Below, piece by piece: positions 50,951-62,199 of a stretch of 64,000 bases of DNA. Numbering within the stretch: the stretch's first letter is position 1; each line of letters begins with the position of its first letter. The stretch comes from Orbicella franksi (Eukaryota): positions 21,886,001-21,950,000 of the forward strand of contig OZ116698.1 of assembly GCA_964199315.1 (NCBI GenBank), in the 5' to 3' direction. The notes under the pieces were generated by a model that had not been told where the DNA came from, did not search any database, and saw nothing but the letters and a program-made list of their open reading frames with translations. A program made the translations under genes and the position numbers.

Positions 50951-51035
50951 GCAATGCCATAACTTGTTTATATGCCATCAGACATCTGAACGTTTTGAAC
51001 TTGAGCCTCCAACACTAGAGGAATATTTCCAGTAA
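50950..51035 (+). pseudogene. Harbinger transposase, C-terminal fragment
   Basis: RNAITCLY, a 1-nt frameshift, then HQTSERFELEPPTLEEYFQ-stop; this is the typical end of the transposase family as recalled. Confidence 0.75.
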
Positions 51036-51360
51036 GTTTTGAGCGGTCTAGGTGGAAATTAGTACTATTGTTAAGAGTAGAAAAATGAGAATGAGAATGC
51101 CTTTGTACCCTTGTCCTTTTTTATGTATTTGGTGGAAAAACTGACCTGAAGTTGGAGGGTGGGGGGGGGGGGGGGTGGAAATTCATGCTCAGAAACTGAT
51201 TGCTGCCCATTCTCCCTCAAAAATGTAATAGTCTATCCCTAAGGTGTGTCTGATAAGCCTCAGTAAACCAACTTAACACTGAGGGGCATTTACAACTGAG
51301 CATAATTTATTTCTCAAGGGGGTAAAAAGCAACTTCAACTGAAAAGCTTTATCACTAGCA

Positions 51361-51805
51361 TTACTTTTCTATTACTTTCTGTAACACTGCAAGAAGCGCT
51401 CCGTTTATTTTCTGCTGCTCCTGCAGCAGTGATTGCATGACTTGCTGCTGGTTTTCCTGTTCTTTCTTTTTCATATCAAGCTCCTATCGTCGCACTTCGC
51501 CATCAGCATCAGCTTTCTCTCTTAGAAAATCGACGAGCGGCTGGGCACATCTCTGGCCTGACTTGCGCCGTTCTGGAGATGCATCCTTTTCTGATTTGCG
51601 TTTCTTCGTCTCCCTTAAGGTTTCCATGGCTTTCTTTCGGATATCTTCGGCCGTTTCTTTATCCTTATCCTGTTGTTTGGAGGCAAAATCCGCGTCAGTT
51701 GTCGCGGTATCTTCTCTCGAAACTAATTCTTCAATCGGCGCATCTCTTTCTGTCAAATCATCCACAGAGATTCCACTCTTCCACTCTTCCGTCCACTCCA
51801 CTTGC
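51361..51805 (-). pseudogene. Harbinger accessory ORF (Myb/SANT-like type) remnant lacking the DNA-binding domain
   Basis: Acceptor TTTTCTTTCAG|, QVEWTEE fused to WKSGISVDDLTERD...AEDIRKKAMETLRETKKRK...FLREK, a premature TAG at 51484, and a Gln-rich coil to TAA at 51361. Confidence 0.7.
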
Positions 51806-52936
51806 CTGAAAGAAAAGTCAAAAGTGGAAACATATCAGAGAAAAGTTATTTCAATTTTGAAAATTAATAGATGAAAAATTCAGAGCTTTATAAGCGCTTT
51901 TAATTTGGGGATCTTACTTCAGTTTTCTCTCGTACGTTCCCGTCATTGACAAATCCGGCTTTCGACAACACACGAGTATAGCCTGCAAGAAAGTAAAAGA
52001 ATATCATTTTCCCCTCCTCATCTTTGAATAAATATCAATCTCACTTCATCCTGTTAAGAACAAAATTCTGGCTGAAATCCGAAACTAGAGGAGTAAAAGG
52101 CAGAAATACACTCACGTTTTCTGTACACCGCGAAAAGCAGCTTCTTGACGTCTGCGCGGGCCTCCCACGACCTCGCGTCAAAACTGACAACGTGTGCCGG
52201 ACATGGAAATTACTTCCGGTCGCCGTCGCCGTCCCAAATCCTCTCGATGCTAAAGGTCTCTATTTTCCTCTCCGCAGCAAGTGCGTTCGATATCAGTCGT
52301 GCGATCAATTCTACGTTACGAAAGGCACTGGTTTGCTGCGACGGTGAAGGAGAGACTTATGTCATTTAAAGGATATATGACACCCGAGCTATTTGGTCCG
52401 ATTCTATGCGCTGTATAAAATTATCTTTAAATCAGAGAAAACGTTAGGTAACAGTTACCGAGGTCGAGATTTCTCTCGTGTCCTTAACGTTTTTTTGTCC
52501 AACATTTTCAATTTTGAGCAACGTCAAGCTGTAACTTGGAATTTGCTTTGGACATGAAAAAAAAAAAAAAAGAAAAAGAAAAGAAAAACGAAAAGAAAAG
52601 AAAAGTAAAAAGAAAAAAGATAAAAAACATCTTAAAGAACTTTTAAGTACACCCTTTAAAGCTCGATTAGCGTTGCAGTGCGACTACTCGAACCAGGCCA
52701 CCTGGAAGCAAACTAACCAATCAAAACGTAAACTGAGAACAATGGACTGATAGCTTCTCGCGAGGGCAAGTAACAGTCTGTTTCACGTGAAAACATGAAC
52801 GCTTTCGACTCCTCTGCGTTATATACAATCTTAGAGATTCAGTCCTTATCATAATTATAAATCTCACTAAAAACATTTGGCTTGAAAACTCATTTTGCGA
52901 CAACTAAACAGAAAGTTAAAAATTTTGTTAAAAAAC

Positions 52937-52975
52937 GACGACGTTTCGACGTTGAGCTAACGTCATTATCAAGTC
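52937..52975 (-). ncRNA. Minimal hammerhead ribozyme motif, U3-A8 variant (PLE2 left arm)
   Basis: Reverse complement of 53928-53966. Confidence 0.7.
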
Positions 52976-53927
52976 AAAATGATAGTTGATAAAAAATGTA
53001 TAAATAGTCAGTGAAACAATAGTTCAATGGATGTGTTAAAATGTTTAAAATTAAACAAAGAGTTTCGCACGGATGGAGTCAGTTTGCGTGTTCAAGCTTG
53101 GATTCCGTTCCTTTATGCAAAGCATCTCATAGACGAGGCAATCAAATTTCCCTTGGCACTTTCGGAGAATTCGAAACTGGCTTTCGTTGAGGAGGCTTAT
53201 GTCCCCGTGGCCCTCCAAAAGGTGTTTTCCAATCGCCAAGTTTTTATGTTCAGCAATACGTTGGTGGAGGTGTCGGGCTGTGTAGCCGACACAATCTGCA
53301 TCGCACAGATCACATGAAAATAAATAAACCACGCATTGTTGATTTACGATCGGAGGCTTGATTTTTTTGGGCTTGAGATCTTGTTCCAGTTTCTTGCTAA
53401 TAAATACTGGTTGTAGGGTAGTGCCAATCTTGTTGTTGAGATCGCACATTTGCCTTCTAACCGCGTTAGCTGATGTTTGGTCCTTGAAGGGAAGACTAAC
53501 TCGCAAGACACGGCCGTCTTCCACTTGTCTTTCACGTACACCGGATGAAAGGTTCAGGATAAATTTGTTAATGGTGGAATTAATGGTCGTTATCGGTGTA
53601 CAAGTGTACAGGAAACCGACTAACACTGGCTTACTGTTGCATTTCCAAAGCCACACGGATAAACGCTACAAACATTGCTTGCTCAAAACAATGATTCATC
53701 GTGCATATGCCCTATCTTCTACAACTGAAGCTTTCAATCAAGAATGCACTAGACTTCGCTCCATCTTTACTCGACTTGATTATCCGATAACGACCATTAA
53801 TTCCACCATTAACAAATTTATCCTGAACCTTTGTTTAAACTCTTTGTTTAATTTTACACATTTTAACACATCCATTAAACTATCGTTTTACTGACTATTT
53901 ATACTTTTTTTTATCAACTATCATTTT

Positions 53928-53966
53928 GACTTGATAATGACGTTAGCTCAACGTCGAAACGTCGTC
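53928..53966 (+). ncRNA. Minimal hammerhead ribozyme motif, U3-A8 variant (PLE2 right arm)
   Basis: GAC-UUGAUAA-U-GACGUU[agcuc]AACGUC-GAAAC-GUC-GUC; stems I and II covary relative to PLE1. Confidence 0.72.
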
Positions 53967-54399
53967 GTTTTTTTAAAAAAAATTTTAACTTTCTCAATAT
54001 GCTTAGAAATATTTTATCGCAATTTTTTATAGTTAAATGTTTAGAAAAATCGCTTCTTATTCGTAAACTAAACAGAAACCTTTGAAAAGCGTACAAAATT
54101 TAGGATCGAAACTAAGCAATCAACAGATGGCAAAGTTTCCTCGCACTTTGTTGGCTTTCAATTTTGTTGAGATCTAGTGTTCGTATTCTTCAATGTCATT
54201 GGTTAATTTGAGAAAAAAACATAGCTATCGCTTGTTGTCAAATAACGTTCTGATTGGTTAATTCTTTTCCAAGTGGCCCGGTACGAGTAGTCGCACTGTA
54301 AACGGTTCAAGTACTGTACTCAGGAGAGGTACCGTGAATTACCTCTTCAAGGAAAACTCAAGGGATTAAATGCTTTATGAATTGATTGACTGAAAGATT

Positions 54400-54410
54400 A
54401 ATCGATACAC

Positions 54411-54445
<35 letters not shown>

Positions 54446-54740
54446 CTGATTAACTGACTGATTCACAGACTGATTGATTGATGAACTGAATGAACGATTA
54501 TTGATTGATTGAGTGAGTGAGTGAAAAACCGACTGACTGACTGAGTGACTGAAATGAATAAATGGAGGATGAATGAACTGATGGATTGATTGATTGATTG
54601 ATTGACAAATTGATTGATCGATTATGATAATGATAATACTACTAATTTATAACGATGATAATGACGATGATGATGATGATTGAAAATACTAATAAAAGAT
54701 TACCACTTCAGTTATAAAACTGAATCGATTGATTGACTGC
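54400..54740. repeat. Compound microsatellite (ATTG)n/(GACT)n/(GAGT)n/(GAT)n
   Basis: Direct reading of the tandem 3-4-mers. Confidence 0.9.
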
Positions 54741-56544
54741 GTACATATGTAAGCAAGGGGTTACACCTGAAACGTCAATTTGTTTTATAAATATAATTTT
54801 ACTTACTTAATAATTATTAATCTCGAGCAAATCCCGATGTCTTAAACTCCTTTAAACATGTTCTGTTTGCAAGTTCTTTAATTTCAGTTTCATGAAACAG
54901 AAGAAAAAGCTAATCTTAGTGCTTACAACAAACGTATTGCTGGCCATCAATAAATAATTCCTACAAATTAAAAGATAGATAAATAAATAAATAGACAATT
55001 ATATTATGTTAGAAATTCCATGGGATTATCAGAAAAACGCAAGTAAATGATTGATGTTTTCAATTGCTTGCTACAAAAGTATATGCAAGTCAATATTTCA
55101 TCTTCTTTGTGGTTACAGAAAAAAAAAATTTTGCAAGTTACTGCAACTATACAGTCTGAAATAACTCGACCTTCACGATTTCTTGTACTCGGAATAAACC
55201 TTTTGGCTGCAAAGTTTTGAATTTCCTGTTAGCAAACAGTAAGCGTAATTTCACGATCACGTGGTGAAATAAATACCACTGGTATTTATTTACACCACGT
55301 GATAACAGTATCTTATTTGCAAATCCCACAACGCTTGACAATTTCACGGAGAGAAGCACGATGTAAAATCACCACAGAAGAAAGAGCACCAGTATTCGTT
55401 CCAGAACTGATTGTAATGGTTTGGTGTACCTTTATCTTAAAACCGTTAGCATAACCATGCCCTGACACAAGTTACCCTATCAAAAAATAATATTTATAAC
55501 TTCTCCTTACACAATCATTACATCAAAAAGTACGCAGGCGATGAGAATAAAGAAAATCGTCAATTTTACAATATAATATTGATGCAACTCCAAATTCTCA
55601 CAAGCAACAAGAAAAAAATTTAAGACATTAACTAACAGGAATTCATCGATTCATACTTCAAGCCTGGGACAGAAAGACTTCAGGAATCAGGGTCTATCTC
55701 CTTTGCCTTTATCTTAAGGCCTTGTGATGCCTTGTGAATATTGATTTACATTTGCATGACAGCCACCAGTAACAAGCAGCGATCGGTTGCACAGAAGAAA
55801 CAACAAGTCGCCTTACAACTATCGTACTTCGAAAAAGATCTAGAAAATTCCTGCACATCCCACGGCTAATTTTTTACAAATGCGGAAGCTATCTGGTTAT
55901 TGATATTCAATGTAATCAAAATTCATCAAATATATTTTCCACCTCTGTTTTTTTTTCTAAAATACTCTTTACACTTCAGACAACAGGTTGTGTTGAATCG
56001 CGTTTGCGTATGTAAATTAAAAATTGTGGTCTTTGTGGATGTCAAGAATTTGGCTATCCGTAAACTGCATACAGTAATACTCTTTGCAGTTACATCTGTG
56101 GATTGAAAAATTTTAACTGCCAGAAAATTCCTTAACATTGCTTTGTTACACTGCAGTCAGGAATGTTCCAGGGGACTGTCAGAAGGACAACGATATTATG
56201 AGATTCAAGATGCTTGCCAAAAAAGGTGTTTGTTCATCTGGTGGTTGCTTTCAATGCTTGGTACTTAGCATTTATGAGTGACACGCCTTGGATATAGTCC
56301 CATGACTGGAATTATTACGGCACGTTTAGGATTATTTCATGGATTACTGGAACAAAAAACAAATTCTCCTACAAAAGAAATAATTTATGTGGAATTCTTT
56401 TTAAACGCCTGGCACAGTATCAATACAGCATAAAGGGAATGTCTTGGCTTAACGAAAGCGAGGAACTATGCCAAACTACACTCGAATTTTCCGGAATAAA
56501 GAAACGTTCTTAAACATTTTCAAGACAGAATCGTCGTCGCACAT

Positions 56545-56573
56545 TCAGTGTCAGTACTCAGGAACATTTACCG
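56545..56573 (+). promoter_or_regulatory. Candidate initiator and short 5'UTR exon of gene B
   Basis: TCAGT initiator-like motifs followed by donor CCG|GTGAG, 134 nt upstream of the giant-exon acceptor at 56707. Confidence 0.3.
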
Positions 56574-56735
56574 GTGAGATATCAAACTATCAAGCACTTT
56601 CACCTTTTTGCTTTAGTTGATTTCAGAGGCGGGGGATAAACAATTGCGGCTTGCAAGCCGCGCAGGTTGATGTAAACAATTGTTCATAGCTTTACGTGTT
56701 GTTTTAGTTGGCCTGGGATTGATCAAGATTTCTGG

Positions 56736-59700
56736 ATGGATGAACAGCAAACTGAGGAAGGATTCACGGAGCAGGAGGACGAAACTTCTAATTTAAGTGG
56801 AACAGAAAACAACGAAACAGCAGCTAACGATGAAGATGACACTTCTGTGGGAGAGAATATTGAAGAACCCCTGTTGAGAGGAGACGAAGATGAATTCATA
56901 TCACACGGGGAGGACGATGCCTGTGAAAAAACAGAATTAAATGCTTCTTCTACTGGTCAGGAGTCTGAAAAATTGAACGAAGCTGAGAATGAGGAAGAAG
57001 AGGGCGCAACAGAACTGTTAACGGAGGGAATGTCCAGTAGTGCCGATCACGAGACAACAATAAGTCTGGGAGATAATACGACCAAGTTAGACGATGATGA
57101 TGTTGATTTACTCAGAGACTCTGACTCAAACGACACGTTAACTGTGGACAAAGAAGGAGAAAACAGAGATGACAACCAAGAAGCAGGCGGATTATCCATG
57201 GAAGAAATGTCTATCGACACTAACAAAGAGTTCGACGAGTTTGATACTAAGCTCGCGCAGCCTGTAGAGAAGAAATTGCCCTTTGTTTCTGAGACAGATT
57301 CAAACGAATTCCTCTCACAGAATGAGGGAGAGTATGAGACTGATCAAAATGATGAGGGAAGACAATACGAACATGAAGATGACACGGTGATGGACGGCGA
57401 CGAATTGTCGCAAAAATCTGAAACCTCGACATTAATAGACGACAACAGTGTTGACTTAACAGATTCCTTGCTCTACACCGAAACAAACGAGGGAGACGAG
57501 GATGATGAACAAATGGACCTGACCGGTACGCTAACCGAGGAAATCGTACCTGATAACACTGACGGATATTTACAAGCATGCGATAACGAATTCGATGGGA
57601 TCTCCGAAGTACAGAATACTGAAAGGGAAAGTCTTCTTCCACACACTGAAAGAAGGGACGATGACGAGGACACAGAGAAGGAAGACAATCCGGACAGGAA
57701 TGAGGAAGGCCGGGAAAGTGGCTTTCTTGAGGAGCAGGAAACCTACAACGATAAGGACAGAGTGTTACCACAAGACGAAGATGACAGTGACAAACACAGA
57801 GATCCAGAAGACACATCGCAAATAGAAAATCCCTCTTTATATCCTCATACAGACAGAGAAGTCATAGAGCAAGATGATGAATTACAAGGAGGTTCCTCAG
57901 GGGAACAGGTCGAAAGCAGATCTCAACCGGAAGATGATTTCTCAGCAGGACTTGCCGACGGCGGTATTTCAGGCGGTTTCTATGGTGACGATGACTTGTC
58001 CTCGATATTTTCCGATGACGGTCGAGACATATCTAGCATCCTTCAAGAAAACAGTATTCTAAAAGAGGCCATGATGCAGCTAAGAAAGGATAACCCAGAA
58101 GGGTTTACTGACACCGTAAGTGAAACGTCAGACGAGGCTGACGATTTCTACATGTACCCGTATGGTGGAGACAGCAAGATGCAGACACGCAAATGGATGG
58201 CAGACAAAGATTTAAGCGACGCAAGGTTAAACGAGATTTTGCGAGAGAAGAGGGACTCCCAAGCGAAAATGCGACAGCTAGAGAGGGAAAAGGCCATGGT
58301 CGAGCGTAAATACAGACAGGACAAAATGGAAAGGGATTTCCTAGAGGAAAGATTCACATTAAAATCATCTAAACTGGAAGAGGAGATACGCAATTTAAAA
58401 CAGGAAAATCAACGCCTTAAACGAGGAGGTCCACAAGGAAAAGGAACAATACCTAGCGCTGGAAATAAGCATGTTGGCATGACAAAAGAACTCCCTGGAA
58501 AAGCATTGACTAGCGAGAACGGGGACAGTGGCTTTCCAGCACGAAATGGCTTCGCAATAGACATTGCCATTTTGGCAAAGGAAAACGAGAAATTAAGCGA
58601 AATAATTGACCACCTGCAAGACACTCCCAGGAATGATCCATTAGACGACTTTGTTGACAATTTGGACAAATACGTACCCAAGGATGAATACATTAAGCTT
58701 GAAAATGAAAAACTCAAACTGGAAACAGCATTACGGGAAAGGGAAAGAAATTTAAAGGAACAGGAGAGAGAGATGGAAGAGACGAAGTTTGACCTGGAAG
58801 AAGAAATAGAAATTCTAAAGGAGAACCTGAAAAAGGCTGAAAATAAAAACAAAGAGAAAACGAAACTCTTGAGCCAAAATGACATAAAAATGATAGATAT
58901 TAAGACAAAATTAACAGAAAAGGTGAGCAAGCTTGAAAGTAAACTAGAGCTGGAGGTTTCGAAGAAAGTAAAACTTGAATCTGTCATTGTCAATTTGGAG
59001 AAATGCAATGGTGGCTTTGAAAAAGAAATCCAAGATATGAACAATCGAGTTCAAAAGCTTCAAGAACAAGAACGGGAGATGGAGGCAAAGAATCGTCGGG
59101 AACTGGCGGAGTTGCAGGAACGTTTGCGAAAGGAAACTGAAGAAAAGAGTAAGCTCGCACGAAATGTCGAAGCACTTCTACAAGACCTAATGCAGCTGAA
59201 AAACAAAATGCTCGAAGACACAGAAAAGCACACCAAAGAACAAGAAGAGCTACGAGCCTCGTTTGAAACTGAGAAAAGAAAGATGATGGCCGCACAGGAG
59301 TACGATAACCGCCGACTTAAGTCTGAATTAGATGACGAAAAGAAAAGGAACCAGCAGCTTATAAGGAGAATGGCGGAGATTCCGGGGGAGACAATCGTTT
59401 CAGTAATGGAAAACACGACGGAAGCCGGTTTGTTTGAAAGCCCCGTAAATGACATCGAGGCTGCTCTTCTCGAGAGGACGCTTCAAGAAGAGGAATACAA
59501 AGAACCAGAGAAGGATAACATGGGTATGGACTTGAATGACGAACAAACTAGAAGTGAAGGCCAGTTGTGGAATGTCCCAAAAGCCACTGAAGACAACAGT
59601 GGTGACATCAACAAACTACAGAGAAAACTTGCGGAGGTGACAAAATGCAATGGCATCATGCAGCGCAGGAATAAAGAAATAGAAGAAGAGAATATCAATT

Positions 59701-61928
59701 TGAAGGAAAAGGTAGAGCGAATAGGACGAGATGTGAGCAAGATGAGAGAACTGGAGGGCAAAAACGAAGAGCTGCAGGAAGAAATTGCAAGAAATGCAAA
59801 GAAACGAACCGAGATGCAGAATAAACAGGAAAATATGATGGGAGAAATCGAGGACATCACCAAAAAGCTCAGCAAGGTGGAGGGAAACAATAATGACCTT
59901 AGTGACGAGGTGGACCGCCTGACAAAGAAGATCAAAGCCATGGAACAAGAATTCACTGAGGAAAAATCAAAACTTACATCCTCGTTGGAACAAGAAAAGA
60001 CAAACGCAATCGAAGAAACTGAGAGACGATTAGAAGAACAAAAAGCAAAGAGTAAAAAACTGGACAACGAAATAGATGATCTGCAATCTGATATTAAGAC
60101 TCTCAAAGACGCAAAGCGGGCCGCAGAAGAGAAGTATGTCAATGACACGAGAGAACTCGTCGAGAGGCACAATTCCGAGTTAGCAAGCGAACGAGAAAGG
60201 TATCGCCAACTGCAAGATGAATTAAACAACAACGCTGGAGCTGTGCGACGAGTGACTGAAGAATGGGAACAGATGCTACGAAATGCTGTTTCAAGATACG
60301 AGGAAGATCTGCAGAAAAATGAAGACGAGCGAAGAAAAATGGCGGACGAGTTTCAGCGTCAAAAGGAGGATATGAGGGCCAGATTTGACAAAGAAAAGGC
60401 AAAGTTGGAAACGCGTGTTCAAGAGATCGACAAAATAGCACGATCACCGTTCGAAAACGAAATAATGAAGGAAAACGCGGCAGTTAGTTACCAAGATCAA
60501 CAGAGTGACTTGCTATTCGAAGACACACCTACACCCAGAACAAGTTTTAGCGAAGAGGGCCATAATATTAGTAATGATATCGCAGAGAATCAAGAGAAGA
60601 TAAATACTCTTGCATCGCAAAAGCGCAAGGTTGAGCAGAAACTTGCTCAAATGCAGAAAACGCACGATAAAGAAAAAAATGATTTGTGTAACGAATACAA
60701 AAAAGAAAAAGAAAAACTCGAAGAAACACTGACTGAAGATTACAAACGAAGACTGGACGAAAGCAAGAAATACTACGAGGGCCTTGTTGAAGACCTAAGA
60801 AGGAAACACGAAAAAGAGGAGGAAGAGTTGGCAGACAGATTCAAGAGAGAAAAGCGAGAACTTGAAGACAAAATGAAAGACGATTTTTCGAGTAATTTGT
60901 CTTCAAGGAGTGCAGGTCTCGAAAACAAGATTCAAGATCTTGTTTCCCAAAAGGTCCAGGAGCAGAAGGACATAACAAAGAAAACCGAAGAGAAATGTAA
61001 CACAGTTCTTTTACAAATGAAAAACAGGATGAGAGAAGTGCAGAGCGAACGGAACGAGATCAAAAGAAAGTTCGAGAAAGAAAAGAAGGCCTTAGAAGCG
61101 ACAATACAGGCTTTGACCAAAGAACTGGAGAAAGTAAAACAAGAGAAAAAAGATCTCAAAAAGAAACAGAAGAAAGATAAAGCAGAAATGGAGGAAGCGT
61201 TTGAAAACGAGAAGAAAGAGATGAAGCAGATGTGGGAGAAGTGCAAACTCGACACAATCAACCAAATTGAAGAAGAATGGACAGAAAAGATGAAAAGCGA
61301 AAACGCAAAGTCTGAAATTCTAAAAGAAGAACTACAAGAAAATTTCGAAGCAAGGATAAAGCAAATGAAGCTCAAGTTCAAAGCGGAAAAAGCAGATTTG
61401 GAGCGCCGATTAGCCGATGCTATCTCCGAATCTAATGCTCTCGAAGTAGCCAAAAAGGAAGTAGAAGCCTCCTTAGAAGAAGATTATAGACGAAAACTGC
61501 AAAAGGAGAAGGAAAACATCGAAAGCACACTACAGGGCCTGCGACAGGAGATAGAAAGGCTGCAAGAGCACCGAAAACAACTTCAGAATCAAATGTCCAA
61601 CAGAGAAAGTCGTGCAAACGCCAATGCTCTACCATCGTTGGAAACTAACTCAAAAGTGTTGGCAAAGTTGGACAATGAATACCAGGAGCATATGAAGAGA
61701 GAGAAAGAGCATCATGAGAGCAGAATGAAGGAAATGGAAGAAGAAATCAATAGGCTTCACGATGATCTTTCCCAGATGAAGGTGAAAGCTCGTCAAGAAA
61801 AAAGCCGAGTTAAGGCGGAATTTGAAAAGGAAAGAGAGGAAATCGAAGAGCAATTCGACAAGGAGCGGAACGAATGGCGAACGAGGATGAACTTTATAAC
61901 TATGATGCAGCCAAGAGAGATACAAAGA
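56736..61928 (+). CDS. Coiled-coil gene B, giant exon (1731 aa): acidic N-terminal region plus long coiled coil
   Basis: 5.2-kb open frame; acceptor GTTGTTTTAG| at 56707; donor AGA|GTAAGT after 61928 (phase 0); collinear with gene A. Confidence 0.9.
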
Positions 61929-62199
61929 GTAAGTTTAACTTTATCTTTGCAAAGCTTGTCGACAGAAAACTACCATAATACCGCACGTCTCTAGGCCTTC
62001 AAAACTGCAAGTCAAAGAAATTCCTCTTTTATAATACAGTTTGGAAGTAAACAAATGGTTTACACTTTTAATCTCAAATGTGATCAAAATCTAACTCACC
62101 CTCATAATATCAATAAGTTGGCACAGCGCAGAGAAGCGAAGCGAAGCGAAACGTCAATTTCCGATAGAGAACTATTGATTTGATACACCACCAAATTAT

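Larger units (their letters stand above)
46625..52261. mobile_element. Internally deleted two-ORF Harbinger DNA transposon interrupted by a LINE
   Basis: 16-bp TIRs AGGGACCTTTAGCAAC / GATGCTAAAGGTCTCT (14/16), subterminal GACGACAACGGCG / GTCGCCGTCGCCGTC, and convergent transposase (+) and accessory (-) ORF remnants. Confidence 0.85.
52902..54078 (-). mobile_element. Penelope-like retroelement 2, rearranged
   Basis: - strand GIY-YIG ORF 53051..53596 (VVYLFSCDLCDADCVGYTARHLHQRIAEH) and + strand RT thumb 53603-53831 (VYRKPTNTGLLLHFQSH). Inverted arms at 52910-53065 / 53837-53994; 13-bp direct repeat AACTAAACAGAAA at both ends. Confidence 0.9.
52676..54298. mobile_element. CAGTG-ended MITE (about 450 bp) interrupted by Penelope element 2
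   Basis: About 75-bp imperfect inverted termini CAGTGCGACTACTCGAACCAGGCCACCTGGAA...TAACCAATCA; right flank TA, left flank TG. Confidence 0.7.

Noticed and set aside
50718-50978. ORF with YIHT repeats
   Set aside because: Translation of the LINE microsatellite tail.
56736-58140. Secreted coral skeletal acid-rich protein
   Set aside because: No signal peptide, and it is fused to a long coiled coil typical of intracellular proteins.
57247-61925. Many - strand ORFs overlapping gene B
   Set aside because: Same antisense shadow effect; no splice or domain support.
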